A DNA stretch of 64,000 bases from Promethearchaeati archaeon SRVP18_Atabeyarchaeia-1 (GTDB lineage: Archaea > Asgardarchaeota > Atabeyarchaeia > Atabeyarchaeales > Atabeyarchaeaceae). Where the stretch lies: positions 1,280,001 to 1,344,000 of the forward strand of contig CP147779.1 in the NCBI GenBank assembly GCA_037308085.1. The letters run 5' to 3'. Shown in pieces: positions 36,854-46,842 of the stretch. The notes under the pieces are model-generated. The model had not been told where the DNA came from, did not search any database, and saw only the letters and a list, made by a program, of their open reading frames with translations. The position numbers and the translations under genes are program-made. How positions within the stretch are numbered: position 1 is the stretch's first letter; each line of letters begins with the position of its first letter.

Positions 36854-39727
36854 CTATTTGATCTTATTGAGTAGATAGTTTATTGAAGGCATCGTACTTG
36901 CCAGGGAATAGTAGTGATTAGACAACAGTAGAAGTGAATCGATGATCGGAGAGTGGGCCTTGCTGTTGATTTTCATTGCTCCTAGGAACGAAAGCAGGCT
37001 AATTGATGATATGATTGCGATGGGAGCCAGGAGAATCAGGTTCCACGCACCAAGCCCTGAAAGCATCGAGTGCAGATAGACAGTCAGAAACACAGAGAAG
37101 ATTAGCGCAATGATACTCGCCAAGGCCATCTTCCTCAAGTTTTTCGAGTAGGCTGCCTCATTCTTATGGAGGGCCTCTGCTACTATTCTTCTGATCTTCT
37201 CCACCTTATCCATCAACCTATGGTTTTGTCTGGCCAAAGAGGAGTATAGCGTCGTGCTGCTGTCAAAGCTATCGGACTCATACTTCGTTGCTTTTATCAC
37301 AAGGTCGAGAAGAGCAACATCATAGTCAAGACTCCTTATCTCTTTCTCGGCCTCCTTCGCCTTTAAGTAGACCGTCTCTGTGAGGCTTTGCATGGCTTCG
37401 ATGTTCTCTCTAAGAATGTCAAGACTGCGGCTGAACTTATCCAGAACACTTCTCATGAACTTCAATTCCTTGTACTCGGTGCCCATTATGTTATCAGCGT
37501 TAAATGTCGGGGAGCGCTCCATGAACTGAGATAACCTCAGGAGACTGGTGGAGAGATCCTGCGCCGTCGTCGCCTCAAACGTGGACCGGGTCGGGATAAG
37601 GAAGATGTGTTCAACCACTTCCCTCAGTTCGCTGACTCGTTTGGCCCTGCCGAAGATCATCAGCCTATTCTTTATTGGCTCAAAAAGAACTGTGGCATGC
37701 GTGGTCTGCATGATCCTAGGGTTCTCCTTGACAGAGTTGAAATACTCGCCCATGCCTTTGAGCATGTACTCAAGGTTCTTGCTACCTATGACTCTCTCTT
37801 TTCTGAAGGTTCCAACTTCGTATATGCCCGTCGACGTTGAAATATCCTCAAGGAAAGAGTACTCAAAATCCTTTGGGTTAAGCTCAGAGAATTGATCTGG
37901 GCGCAGGTCAACCGACCATATGAAGCAGACAAACGATCCCAGAAGTTGACCGATGTTTGAGTATACTTTCTCAATTCTTTCATTGAATGCCTTGAGGAAC
38001 TCGTTTCTTTTCAATAGCGAAGCGGCTTTTGCCGAGTTGTCGCGATCGATCATACTCAGCTCGCCTACAGTACGATCCTTGCGCATTGTCTTGATCAAGT
38101 CTTTCAGGTACAGATTATAGTTGTTTCTGAGGGTATTCTCATAGCGGATCGCCTCGGCCCTAAGCTGCGTAAAAGTCTTGGTTGCGCCTCTATTCAGGGC
38201 CAGCTTGATCGTGACTAGTTCGCCTTCCTCCTTCACACTATAGTCCTGTGAAATCCTCTTGGAGCATTTTCCAAACGTCTTCATTATCTTCTTCCTAAGC
38301 GGATTGAACATCACCGGCACCAGGAAGAAGGCCGAGAGATACATGCCATCAACAGACAGCGACTTGCCACCAACCTTCTGTATTCTTGTGGCAACTGATT
38401 TCAGCGGGAGATATGTCATTGCATATAATCTCAGAGAAATAAAGGTAAGAAGCCCCAAGCTGCCCACGGCAACACCAATGCTGATCAAGGTTCCTTCGAT
38501 GTCTGTGCCGATGAACCCTGTTATCGTCGCTACAGCGGTGATCAGGTTAGTCAGTTGCGTCAATGCATCACGGACTATGTAGATGAAGAAGAGGTAGGAA
38601 AGATATATTGCGACCACGGACCACCCGATCGAGATTCCGCCATACGTGACCATAGCAAACCGCTGTCTCCTACTGTATTCGCTGTACTTCATACGCGCTT
38701 GGCGGCGCCCCTTTGTTAGTAGCGTTCTTATGTACCCAAATGCTTCGGACCGTAGATTCGGGATATTCAGAATATCCATAAGCGCATAGTATCCATCTGT
38801 CTCAAACATTGGGGCCATGTTCAGCAATGCCATGTAGTAAGCGAAGAAGAAGGTCATTACAAGTAGGTAAGAAGCACTCGGAAACAAGTTGAAGAATGCG
38901 GCGAGCCCGGCTACCGACCCGATTAATAGCGTTGACAGCGGACCCACGATCGATACAAGAACCCTCTTGCCCCGGGACAAACGCCAAGACTCGCTAGTAT
39001 CACAGTAGAACATTGGGTAGAAGTAATAGAGCCCAGTTCCAAGTTCCCCGGGACTCGCGCCGAAGTGCGTCAAAGCCAACCCGTGAGCCAACTCGTGAAC
39101 CACGAGAATAGGAAATATCAACACTATCGAGAAGATGAAGAATCCAAGAATTGTGGAGCCTTGCACATTGAAACTCCCAGAAGATAGCGTGTTGAGAAAG
39201 ACATCTCTTAGGAGAAAGGCGGTGAATGCAACTACTATGATTGCAATGAAAAGGAATATCTTGGTGAAAAAAACCCTTGTGAGCCTGTAGAGTCTCCTAA
39301 AGATCGAGGAAGATTTGGATGCGCCCAAAAGAGGCATGTTTATTATCAGAGGAGAAACGACTTCAGGCTTGAGTGTACCTTTCTTTGCATCCTTCACCAT
39401 CTCCCCTTCTCCATTCTGGCTATTCACGTCCCGAATGAGATTCTCTTGGGCCGCGAAAGTGATGAACCCTTCGACATCGTCGGGGCTATGCCTATTTCCA
39501 AGTTTCCTTTTGATGGACGAGATCGAGTGATGCCCATCCATCATCTTCCAGATCAATGCGGCGCTCGAATCTATGTAGTAAGTCTCCTCAGTCTTATCAT
39601 TAGCCAGCACGTATCGGTTTCTATCACTCTTTGAGATCTTTACTTGTTCTCCTCTGAGAGGACGGAACTTTGGATCATATTTTATCTTGTAGTAGATCTC
39701 CACGCCCAAGAAGTTCCACCCCCACAT
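36854..39727 (-). CDS. PqqD/RRE domain fused to M50 zinc metallopeptidase and a long C-terminal domain ending in 2 TM helices
   Basis: N-terminal YYIDSSAALIWKMMDG..SI..I; HELAH, PMFYCDTS..W, GPL, NMAPMFETDGYY. Confidence 0.82.
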   Translation of the reverse strand: MWGWNFLGVEIYYKIKYDPKFRPLRGEQVKISKSDRNRYVLANDKTEETYYIDSSAALIWKMMDGHHSISSIKRKLGNRHSPDDVEGFITFAAQENLIRDVNSQNGEGEMVKDAKKGTLKPEVVSPLIINMPLLGASKSSSIFRRLYRLTRVFFTKIFLFIAIIVVAFTAFLLRDVFLNTLSSGSFNVQGSTILGFFIFSIVLIFPILVVHELAHGLALTHFGASPGELGTGLYYFYPMFYCDTSESWRLSRGKRVLVSIVGPLSTLLIGSVAGLAAFFNLFPSASYLLVMTFFFAYYMALLNMAPMFETDGYYALMDILNIPNLRSEAFGYIRTLLTKGRRQARMKYSEYSRRQRFAMVTYGGISIGWSVVAIYLSYLFFIYIVRDALTQLTNLITAVATITGFIGTDIEGTLISIGVAVGSLGLLTFISLRLYAMTYLPLKSVATRIQKVGGKSLSVDGMYLSAFFLVPVMFNPLRKKIMKTFGKCSKRISQDYSVKEEGELVTIKLALNRGATKTFTQLRAEAIRYENTLRNNYNLYLKDLIKTMRKDRTVGELSMIDRDNSAKAASLLKRNEFLKAFNERIEKVYSNIGQLLGSFVCFIWSVDLRPDQFSELNPKDFEYSFLEDISTSTGIYEVGTFRKERVIGSKNLEYMLKGMGEYFNSVKENPRIMQTTHATVLFEPIKNRLMIFGRAKRVSELREVVEHIFLIPTRSTFEATTAQDLSTSLLRLSQFMERSPTFNADNIMGTEYKELKFMRSVLDKFSRSLDILRENIEAMQSLTETVYLKAKEAEKEIRSLDYDVALLDLVIKATKYESDSFDSSTTLYSSLARQNHRLMDKVEKIRRIVAEALHKNEAAYSKNLRKMALASIIALIFSVFLTVYLHSMLSGLGAWNLILLAPIAIISSISLLSFLGAMKINSKAHSPIIDSLLLLSNHYYSLASTMPSINYLLNKIK

Positions 39728-40221
39728 TCAAACATAGCTTAGGAACCAGCTTCAGGCACATGGCAAGCATAGAAAAACCTGATTGTCAACCTTGCCGTGG
39801 CTAATGTGAGACTGCACACTAACACTTGATGATGCCATTCATAAATCTATCGTAATAACCAGGAACCAGCTCACCATTCTGTCGGAGGGAAGTCCACGCC
39901 CCTTTAGGATGGGAGGAACTGCAGGTCTCCCAATGGCGGTTCAAGTGGCATTCTTGTCCAACAAGCAGTGGCGCCGGGCGGCAACAGCAAACAGAACGGA
40001 AAGCCCACAAGCTTCAGCGATGGGAAGAGGTCACAAGTCAATAATACGCCGCTGGATAAATGGATATCTCGACGTTTCAATTCGGCTTGCCTGCGTTTTG
40101 CCCTCGGCGCGAACCAGTAACATGAGATTTCTAAATTGAAAGCCTTTTAAGCAAAATCGATCACAAATCGATAGTTCTAGCATCGGCATGGTAGTGATAA
40201 GCCTACACAATTACGCGAGAA

Positions 40222-41415
40222 GTGAATTCTGCAATGAGCGGCTCTAGGAGATTCCTCACAGAGAGAAGAACCATACTGCTCACCTATGGCATAGCTTTCA
40301 CGATTGGAGTGATCATCCTGGCATACGGTCTATGGGTAGCCAATTGGAACTTCTATGATTGGCTTGAACAGCCTCTGGTACAGACAACGTTGTACTTCTC
40401 GGCCGCTGTCATAAGGGCGGTTGCTGGCTTTGGACTAATCGCGACTTACATCGCTATCTTCGAAATTCTGCTGGCGATCTTCTCAAGAGCATACAAGGCT
40501 AGAGGTATTTCAAGGATAGTGAAAGGCGCGAAGCTTCAGGACCTGTTCAGTCGCGGGACAATCACGGATGCAGTGAAGAACATCAAGATAACTGAGACAT
40601 TCAAGGGTGAGAAGATCTCTGAGGCAGTCAAGGGTGAGAAGATCTCCGCAGTGCTAGCAGGGAAGAAGGGTCGCAAGATCCGCATTGCTGGAGTAGTGTT
40701 CTTCCTTGTCTTGGTGCCCCTATTCATACTCGCCTACGTAACAATTAGATTCATCAACACAGTCAGTGGCGGTGGAGGCCAGACATTGTTCGACATCGCC
40801 TACCTGATGGTAGGAGTCTGGGGTCTATTGTTAACTGTCTACCTTCTCCCAATCGCCAGGGGAGATTTCATAACATTCGAAAAGATGTCAGATCTCAGTG
40901 ACAAACTTAAGGAAGGTGAAGTCAGGAGAGGGCTCAACAGTCTCAAAGATAGAATCGAAGGCTTCTATAATAGCAAAATCAAGAGGGAGCAGGAACAACC
41001 CGAAGAGCAGAAAGCCGTGGACAAAGTCGCGGAGGCTGTTGCCTTGGAGCACGCAGGAGAGTACGCTGACACTCTCAACAAGATAGGATTCGAGAGCGTG
41101 CGAGAAACGGTGCTCGCTTATAGGCATATGGTAACTGATTACCTTCTTCTTCCAGTCGTGCTCGGCTCGCTCGTAGTGCCTCCGGTCGCCCTGTTGTTCT
41201 TGGTAGTATTCGGTAGGGCGTTCTTCTTCAAGAAAGAAGTGGGAAGGAGCCTGCTTGAACGCATCATAGTAGTCGGCGCGGTCATGATGGCTGGGGCATG
41301 GGCTTCCGTTGACATCATCTTTGGCCAGATAACTGTCCTAGTGAGCTTTGACTATCTTATCGGCGCATTCATCGGCGTTATTGTCTTCTTGTACCTGGCT
41401 CGCAGGGCGATATGA
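40222..41415 (+). CDS. Hypothetical multi-pass membrane protein
   Basis: About 7 hydrophobic segments with a charged loop. Confidence 0.75.
   Translation: MNSAMSGSRRFLTERRTILLTYGIAFTIGVIILAYGLWVANWNFYDWLEQPLVQTTLYFSAAVIRAVAGFGLIATYIAIFEILLAIFSRAYKARGISRIVKGAKLQDLFSRGTITDAVKNIKITETFKGEKISEAVKGEKISAVLAGKKGRKIRIAGVVFFLVLVPLFILAYVTIRFINTVSGGGGQTLFDIAYLMVGVWGLLLTVYLLPIARGDFITFEKMSDLSDKLKEGEVRRGLNSLKDRIEGFYNSKIKREQEQPEEQKAVDKVAEAVALEHAGEYADTLNKIGFESVRETVLAYRHMVTDYLLLPVVLGSLVVPPVALLFLVVFGRAFFFKKEVGRSLLERIIVVGAVMMAGAWASVDIIFGQITVLVSFDYLIGAFIGVIVFLYLARRAI
40561..40668 (+). repeat. Four degenerate 27-bp in-frame tandem repeats
   Basis: ITDAVKNIK/ITETFKGEK/ISEAVKGEK/ISAVLAGKK; exact tcaagggtgagaagatctc at 40601 and 40628. 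Confidence 0.8.
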
Positions 41416-41556
41416 AAGTCCAGAAGAGGGGCCTCTCCGAGACACCCCCAAACGAATCTCTTTTTCTTGATCCTTAATCGGGATGCAAGGCGGCAGACTG
41501 TCTAGCAATTTCCTTTCAAATGAAAGACTTTTTAGAGTCATTCCAACATTCTATAA

Positions 41557-43209
41557 ATGGTGATCAGAATGAGGAAGCCAGTGAGCGATGCCCTGCTAGG
41601 GCGAACAGAAAAGGTTCCCACATCGATGATACGCATGGGCCTGATGAAGGGGCTAGGTTTGTCGGATGACGACATCCGAAACAAGCCATTCATTGGAATA
41701 GCCAATTCATTCTTCGAGTTCAATCCCGGACATACTCATCTGAGGCAGATATCCGAATGGGTCAAAAGTGGTATTTGGGAGGGCGGAGGTGTACCCTTCG
41801 AATTCGGGGTTCCCGGACCTTGCGATGGCATGCCCAATGGACTTGAAGGCATGAGATACATACTTCCTCTCAGAGATCTCATAGCAGACAGTATTGAGTT
41901 GATGATGCGGGCGCACTACTTTGATGGGTTGGTCGTCGTGACAAGTTGCGACAAGATCAACCCTGCGGCACTAATGGCTGCAGGTAGGCTGGACATACCA
42001 ACAATCATCGTGACTGGTGGTCCGTCATTCATGGCCGTAGAGTTTGCCCCTGAGAGAGTCATAGATCCGATGAAGATGGATCCAAGGCAGATCATTGAAA
42101 CCGTCACGTGTGCAACCTGTGGCGCCTGCGAAATAGCTGGAACCGCGTCGACAGGCCAATGTCTTATGGAAGCTTTAGGCATGTCGCTTCCAGGCTCGGG
42201 AACAATACCTGCTGTCCACACGTCCAGGTTAGCCCTATCTAAGGAGTCGGGTAAGACCATTGTCAAGATGGTTGAGGAGAATCTGACTCCGTCAAAGATA
42301 ATGACATACGACGCGTTTGAAAATGCAATCATGGCTCTGATGGCTATTGGCGGATCAACGAATTATGTTATACACTTGCCCGCAGTTGCCCACGAGCTCG
42401 GCATCAAGCTTGAAATCGGACTCTTTGACAAGGTATCAAAGACTGTACCATGCCTTTGTGGTATCTACCCAAGTGGCTCAAATACGATCCTCGACTTGTA
42501 CAAGGCAGGGGGCATGATGGGCGTCCTAAAGAGAATTGAAGCAACGCTCCACAAGGACTGCCTAACTGTAAGCGGGAAGACAATTGGAGAAGTCATCAAG
42601 AATGGGCGAGTGACAAACGAAGCCGTCATTAGACCACTCGAGAAACCTTTCCATCCACAAGGGGGAATCGCGATACTGAGCGGGAATATAGCTCCAGAAG
42701 GTGCGGTCGTTAAGCAGTCGGCGGTTCCGGAGAACATGTACGTTTTCCAAGGGAGGGCGAGATGCTTCAACGCAGAGGAAGACGCTATCGAAGCAATTCT
42801 GAAGAAGTATGTGAAGGCGGGCGATGTCATGGTCATTCGCTACGAGGGCCCGAGGGGAGGGCCTGGCATGAGGGAGATGCTCTCAGTAACGACCTCGCTC
42901 CAAATGTATGGGCTAGACAAATCAGTGGCGCTCGTAACAGATGGGAGATTCTCAGGTGTCTCGGGAGGGCCTGCGATAGGTCATGTCAGTCCGGAAGCTG
43001 CGAGCGGGGGGCCGATCGCCATAATAGTTGATGGAGACACAATCAAGATCGATATCCCGAATAGAAAACTCGAACTAGATGTGCCGCAGGCAGAGATCAG
43101 ATCTAGGCTTCAGAAATGGAAGCCACTGAAACCGAAGGTGAACAAGGGCTACATGGTAAGATACACTAGACAAGTCGCATCGGCTTCAATAGGCGCGTAC
43201 CTAGAGTAA
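41557..43209 (+). CDS. ilvD: IlvD/Edd-family dehydratase
   Basis: PGH.HL, CDG, SCDK, GGSTN, GN.APEGAVVK, YEGPRGGPGMREM, TDGRFSG, GHVSPEA. Confidence 0.88.
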   Translation: MVIRMRKPVSDALLGRTEKVPTSMIRMGLMKGLGLSDDDIRNKPFIGIANSFFEFNPGHTHLRQISEWVKSGIWEGGGVPFEFGVPGPCDGMPNGLEGMRYILPLRDLIADSIELMMRAHYFDGLVVVTSCDKINPAALMAAGRLDIPTIIVTGGPSFMAVEFAPERVIDPMKMDPRQIIETVTCATCGACEIAGTASTGQCLMEALGMSLPGSGTIPAVHTSRLALSKESGKTIVKMVEENLTPSKIMTYDAFENAIMALMAIGGSTNYVIHLPAVAHELGIKLEIGLFDKVSKTVPCLCGIYPSGSNTILDLYKAGGMMGVLKRIEATLHKDCLTVSGKTIGEVIKNGRVTNEAVIRPLEKPFHPQGGIAILSGNIAPEGAVVKQSAVPENMYVFQGRARCFNAEEDAIEAILKKYVKAGDVMVIRYEGPRGGPGMREMLSVTTSLQMYGLDKSVALVTDGRFSGVSGGPAIGHVSPEAASGGPIAIIVDGDTIKIDIPNRKLELDVPQAEIRSRLQKWKPLKPKVNKGYMVRYTRQVASASIGAYLE

Positions 43210-43242
43210 TCGACTCGATAACGTCAGACCGGGGGGTCACAA

Positions 43243-45855
43243 GTGGTGTCCGAGGGTCTCGACCAGAAAACGAAAAAGGGCAAAGCTTCTGAAAGAGAAG
43301 GGTATTCGACCGTATACTTCGTCAATCATTCTCACATGGACAATAGCTGGGGTGGCACTCCGAGAGATTGCCTAGAAAAGAATCTGGCCATAATAGAAGA
43401 AGTTGTCAAATCCTGCGAGCTTTTCCCTGACTTCTACTTCTCCATGGAGAATGTCTATCCTCTTCAGGAGTTCGCCAGAAGGTACCCGGAACAGCTAAAC
43501 AGAATCGATAAACTCATCAAAGGAGGCAAGCTGGAGGTCGGCGGAGCATACGTCCATCCGACTGTGGACTATTGTTTTGACGAGCTGATAGCGAGAAACT
43601 TCTCCTTGGGCAAAGCTTGGTTGAAACAGACCTTCAGCTATGATACGAAGGTCGTACTCGAAGAGGATACTCCTGGGCATACTTTGCAGACACCCCAGTT
43701 GCTGAAGAGAGCGGGCGTTAGGTATTACAAGATCTCCCGCGGTCCGCCCTCAATATTCTATTGGGTTAGCCCAGACGGATCGGCCGTATTGACGTATCTG
43801 GCAGAGTATTCTTGGTCTCATCACTCTCTTCTCGGCTACTCGTCAGAAGAGACAGTGAAGAGATTGCCGGGCGAAATCGAGAAGGCGAGGAGTAACTACA
43901 GAATTACCAACTTGATGATACCGGACGGAGACGACTGGACCTCTCCGAATCTGACACTTCTTGAGATAATCAGAACTTGGAATGAGACTAAGGGGAAGCC
44001 TTTGCTGAAGCTCGGGACAGTTACTGAATTTCTTTCGTCCGTCGAGAGAGAGCAGAGCATTCCAGTTGTGACTGGGGATATGCCCAATCTCTGGGTGGGC
44101 GTCGCGGCAGTGCAGGCTGATACAATCAGGAGGCTCAGAAGAATCCAGAACATCATCTTTTCGGCTGAGGAATTCATGGCCATAAGTAGCCTGCTCGGCA
44201 GTGACCACAACTACAAGGACATTCAAGACGCGTGGCGACTGGCACTCCTCGTAGCCGATCACAACTGGGGCGGGAAAGAGCCAGGAGAATACGGGGAATT
44301 CTGCGATGAGGAAAAAGCGAGGTACGTGAAACAAGCGGCGACACTCTGCATGAAACAGTTGGAGAAGGCACTTGAAAGCATAACATCGAGAGTAGATACG
44401 ACGTCATCTGACAAGGATGAGGTGCCACTAATAGTCTTCAACCAGCTCCCTTGGAAACGAAGTGACCTTGTTGAATTTGAGGTCGACACCGGAGCAGATC
44501 CGATGAAAATCCAGATCCGAAGCCAAGACGGGACCTATATCCCATCGCAGGCAAGCATAATCACTAGCGATGATGAGAGAAGGAAGATTCATGTGGCCTT
44601 TGTCGCCGATGAGGTCCCTCCGGCTGGCTACAAGACATACTTCATAGATTTCAACGGCAGCTCGGAGAAGGTCGAATCACTGCTCAACGCGGAAAGAAAC
44701 GTCATAGAAAACAGATTCTACAGGGTTGAGATCGATCCCAGAGGTCGCGGAATAGCACGGTTCCTAGATAAGGAAAGAGGGGTCGAGATCGGCGGCGAGA
44801 GAGAATGTTCACTTGGACCACTTAGATTCAGTTTCATACTGAATGAACTCTTCGGCATGGGATTGAGACTCAACGTAAGAAAGATACCAACGGTCTTGGA
44901 CAGAACCAACGACTTGATAACAGTTGTCCCAACAGGCGAATTCTTCAGAGCAGGTGACTTTCCCTGCAATATAACGGTAATCGAGAATGGACCAGTTAAG
45001 GCGACTATACTCATAGAAGGTAAGTTCATAGACTCGGTTAAGAGGCAGGAAATCACACTATATGATAAGTTGAACCGTGTGGACTTGAAAACAAGTATCG
45101 ACTGGTCGGGAAAGAACTTCGTGGCACTGATGCTCACTTTTCCACTCAACTTAGAGAGCTCAAGCAACACCGTTGTGAACGTTCCTTACGGCGCAGTGAA
45201 CTTGACCGATGTCGCGCCCGGCTTCTGGGTCAAACCGTCTGATCCGATCCAGTTCAAGGTAAGAGGGGTTCAGCATTGGATTGATAACGCTGACAGCGGT
45301 GGCGGTGCGATGCTATCGACTAACTGGCCATGTTTCGATTTCACAATGACTACGTCCGCAGTTGTCTTGTGGGCAATGGACAGCGAGAACAGCTTCTTCA
45401 GCGGGCAACGTTACAGGCAGAAGGGAATCCATACTTTGGTCTTCTCTTTGATGCCACATCAAGGTGGGTGGCGAATGGCGCAAGCATACAAGAATGGACT
45501 GAGCACTACGTTTCCGCTGATTCCCGTCATGACATCGCAGCACTCAGCATTCCTCCCAAGAGAAATGAGTTTCATGAAGATCGAAGGATCTAACATAGTC
45601 GTCACAGCCCTCAAGAAAGCAGATGACGACAGAGGATACATACTGAGAGTATACGAAGCTGAAGGAAAGGAGAGGAGCTTCACAATCGAGTTCTACCGAG
45701 ACGTAAAAGAATGCTGGGAGACGAATCTACTCGAAGAAGACGTTAAAGGGCTGACATTCTACAAGAAGCAGGTAGACCTGCGAATCTCTCCCTACGAGAT
45801 CAAGACGATAAGAATTCTATTCAAGGAGAGCGGGGGAACAACAGTTCAACAGTGA
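43243..45855 (+). CDS. GH38 alpha-mannosidase family
   Basis: HSHMDNSW, DTPGH, GDD, VFNQLPW.R, ENRFYRV, ALKKADD, ETNLLE, PYEIKT. Confidence 0.88.
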   Translation: MVSEGLDQKTKKGKASEREGYSTVYFVNHSHMDNSWGGTPRDCLEKNLAIIEEVVKSCELFPDFYFSMENVYPLQEFARRYPEQLNRIDKLIKGGKLEVGGAYVHPTVDYCFDELIARNFSLGKAWLKQTFSYDTKVVLEEDTPGHTLQTPQLLKRAGVRYYKISRGPPSIFYWVSPDGSAVLTYLAEYSWSHHSLLGYSSEETVKRLPGEIEKARSNYRITNLMIPDGDDWTSPNLTLLEIIRTWNETKGKPLLKLGTVTEFLSSVEREQSIPVVTGDMPNLWVGVAAVQADTIRRLRRIQNIIFSAEEFMAISSLLGSDHNYKDIQDAWRLALLVADHNWGGKEPGEYGEFCDEEKARYVKQAATLCMKQLEKALESITSRVDTTSSDKDEVPLIVFNQLPWKRSDLVEFEVDTGADPMKIQIRSQDGTYIPSQASIITSDDERRKIHVAFVADEVPPAGYKTYFIDFNGSSEKVESLLNAERNVIENRFYRVEIDPRGRGIARFLDKERGVEIGGERECSLGPLRFSFILNELFGMGLRLNVRKIPTVLDRTNDLITVVPTGEFFRAGDFPCNITVIENGPVKATILIEGKFIDSVKRQEITLYDKLNRVDLKTSIDWSGKNFVALMLTFPLNLESSSNTVVNVPYGAVNLTDVAPGFWVKPSDPIQFKVRGVQHWIDNADSGGGAMLSTNWPCFDFTMTTSAVVLWAMDSENSFFSGQRYRQKGIHTLVFSLMPHQGGWRMAQAYKNGLSTTFPLIPVMTSQHSAFLPREMSFMKIEGSNIVVTALKKADDDRGYILRVYEAEGKERSFTIEFYRDVKECWETNLLEEDVKGLTFYKKQVDLRISPYEIKTIRILFKESGGTTVQQ

Positions 45856-45881
45856 CATGGACATCAGATTGACCAGGATGG

Positions 45882-46628
45882 ATGCGCCAAATGAGCGAAT
45901 TGGGAGACTTTGTAAGCCTCAAGGAGTTCGATGGAGGCCAAGGCTGGTACGCTAAGGTCCACGCTGATGGTTTGAGGTTCCTGAAGATCTTCGAGCGCAT
46001 TCCCTTCGAGAAACTCGAACAGGTGGCCCGATTCATGGGAGGCCAGATCACGGACAGAAAACCCTACGAGAGCGTGGCATGGGCTATTCAAGTTCGTCCC
46101 CTGCCCGATCTCGAGGTCTTGCTCATGCTCTCCCTGGACCCCGAGTTTGGGAACGATTTCTTTACGTACTACTCGAGATGCGCCCTAGGTCGAGTGCCAA
46201 CCGAGGATACCATCGCATACACTTGGGTCTACATGGCGTTACTAGCTTGGGAAGCCAAGAGAATCCTGGGCGAACCAGAACCCAAATATGAGAAGGAAGA
46301 GATGGCTGAGGCGTTCCTAGACGAGCGTCTCAAAGTGTTTGGTTACATTGATCCACAAACCGCGGAGAAGGTAGCTGAGATCATCGGAGGCGCAAGCAAG
46401 CAAGCAGAGGACGCCACATGGACAATCGAGAAGGAACCTGTTCCAGGCTTCAAAATCAGATATCTCCTGAAGGACCAGAGGGGACAGATCACATATGACA
46501 GAAACATGGTTGAGCAGTTTCATTACTTCCATGACTTCCTCTGGCTATACTGCAACGCGATAATCAGAGAATCAAGAAAGATACTCGGCGACAGAATACC
46601 AAAATTGTCGGCCTCGGGAATTCTCTAG
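45882..46628 (+). CDS. DUF3786-like protein (internally repeated)
   Basis: PLP.L.V...DPEF...PTED motif; second half repeats the GG...W.I...P.P pattern. Confidence 0.55.
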   Translation: MRQMSELGDFVSLKEFDGGQGWYAKVHADGLRFLKIFERIPFEKLEQVARFMGGQITDRKPYESVAWAIQVRPLPDLEVLLMLSLDPEFGNDFFTYYSRCALGRVPTEDTIAYTWVYMALLAWEAKRILGEPEPKYEKEEMAEAFLDERLKVFGYIDPQTAEKVAEIIGGASKQAEDATWTIEKEPVPGFKIRYLLKDQRGQITYDRNMVEQFHYFHDFLWLYCNAIIRESRKILGDRIPKLSASGIL

Positions 46629-46842
46629 AGCCAACTAAGAAACATGTTGCCCAAGATCGCCTTCAAGAAATGTCCACCTATGCGCCAAGCTCACTAGCAA
46701 GTGGGGTATGTTGCAGACACGCGAAGAGGTAGCACTCTTAAATAGCTGTGTGAGCCTATCTCGAATTTGGGGTCTATTGGATCTGCTTTTTGCGGACCTC
46801 ATCGCCAGAGTGGCGCTGTCTGCGAGATAGGGAGGGAAGGAT

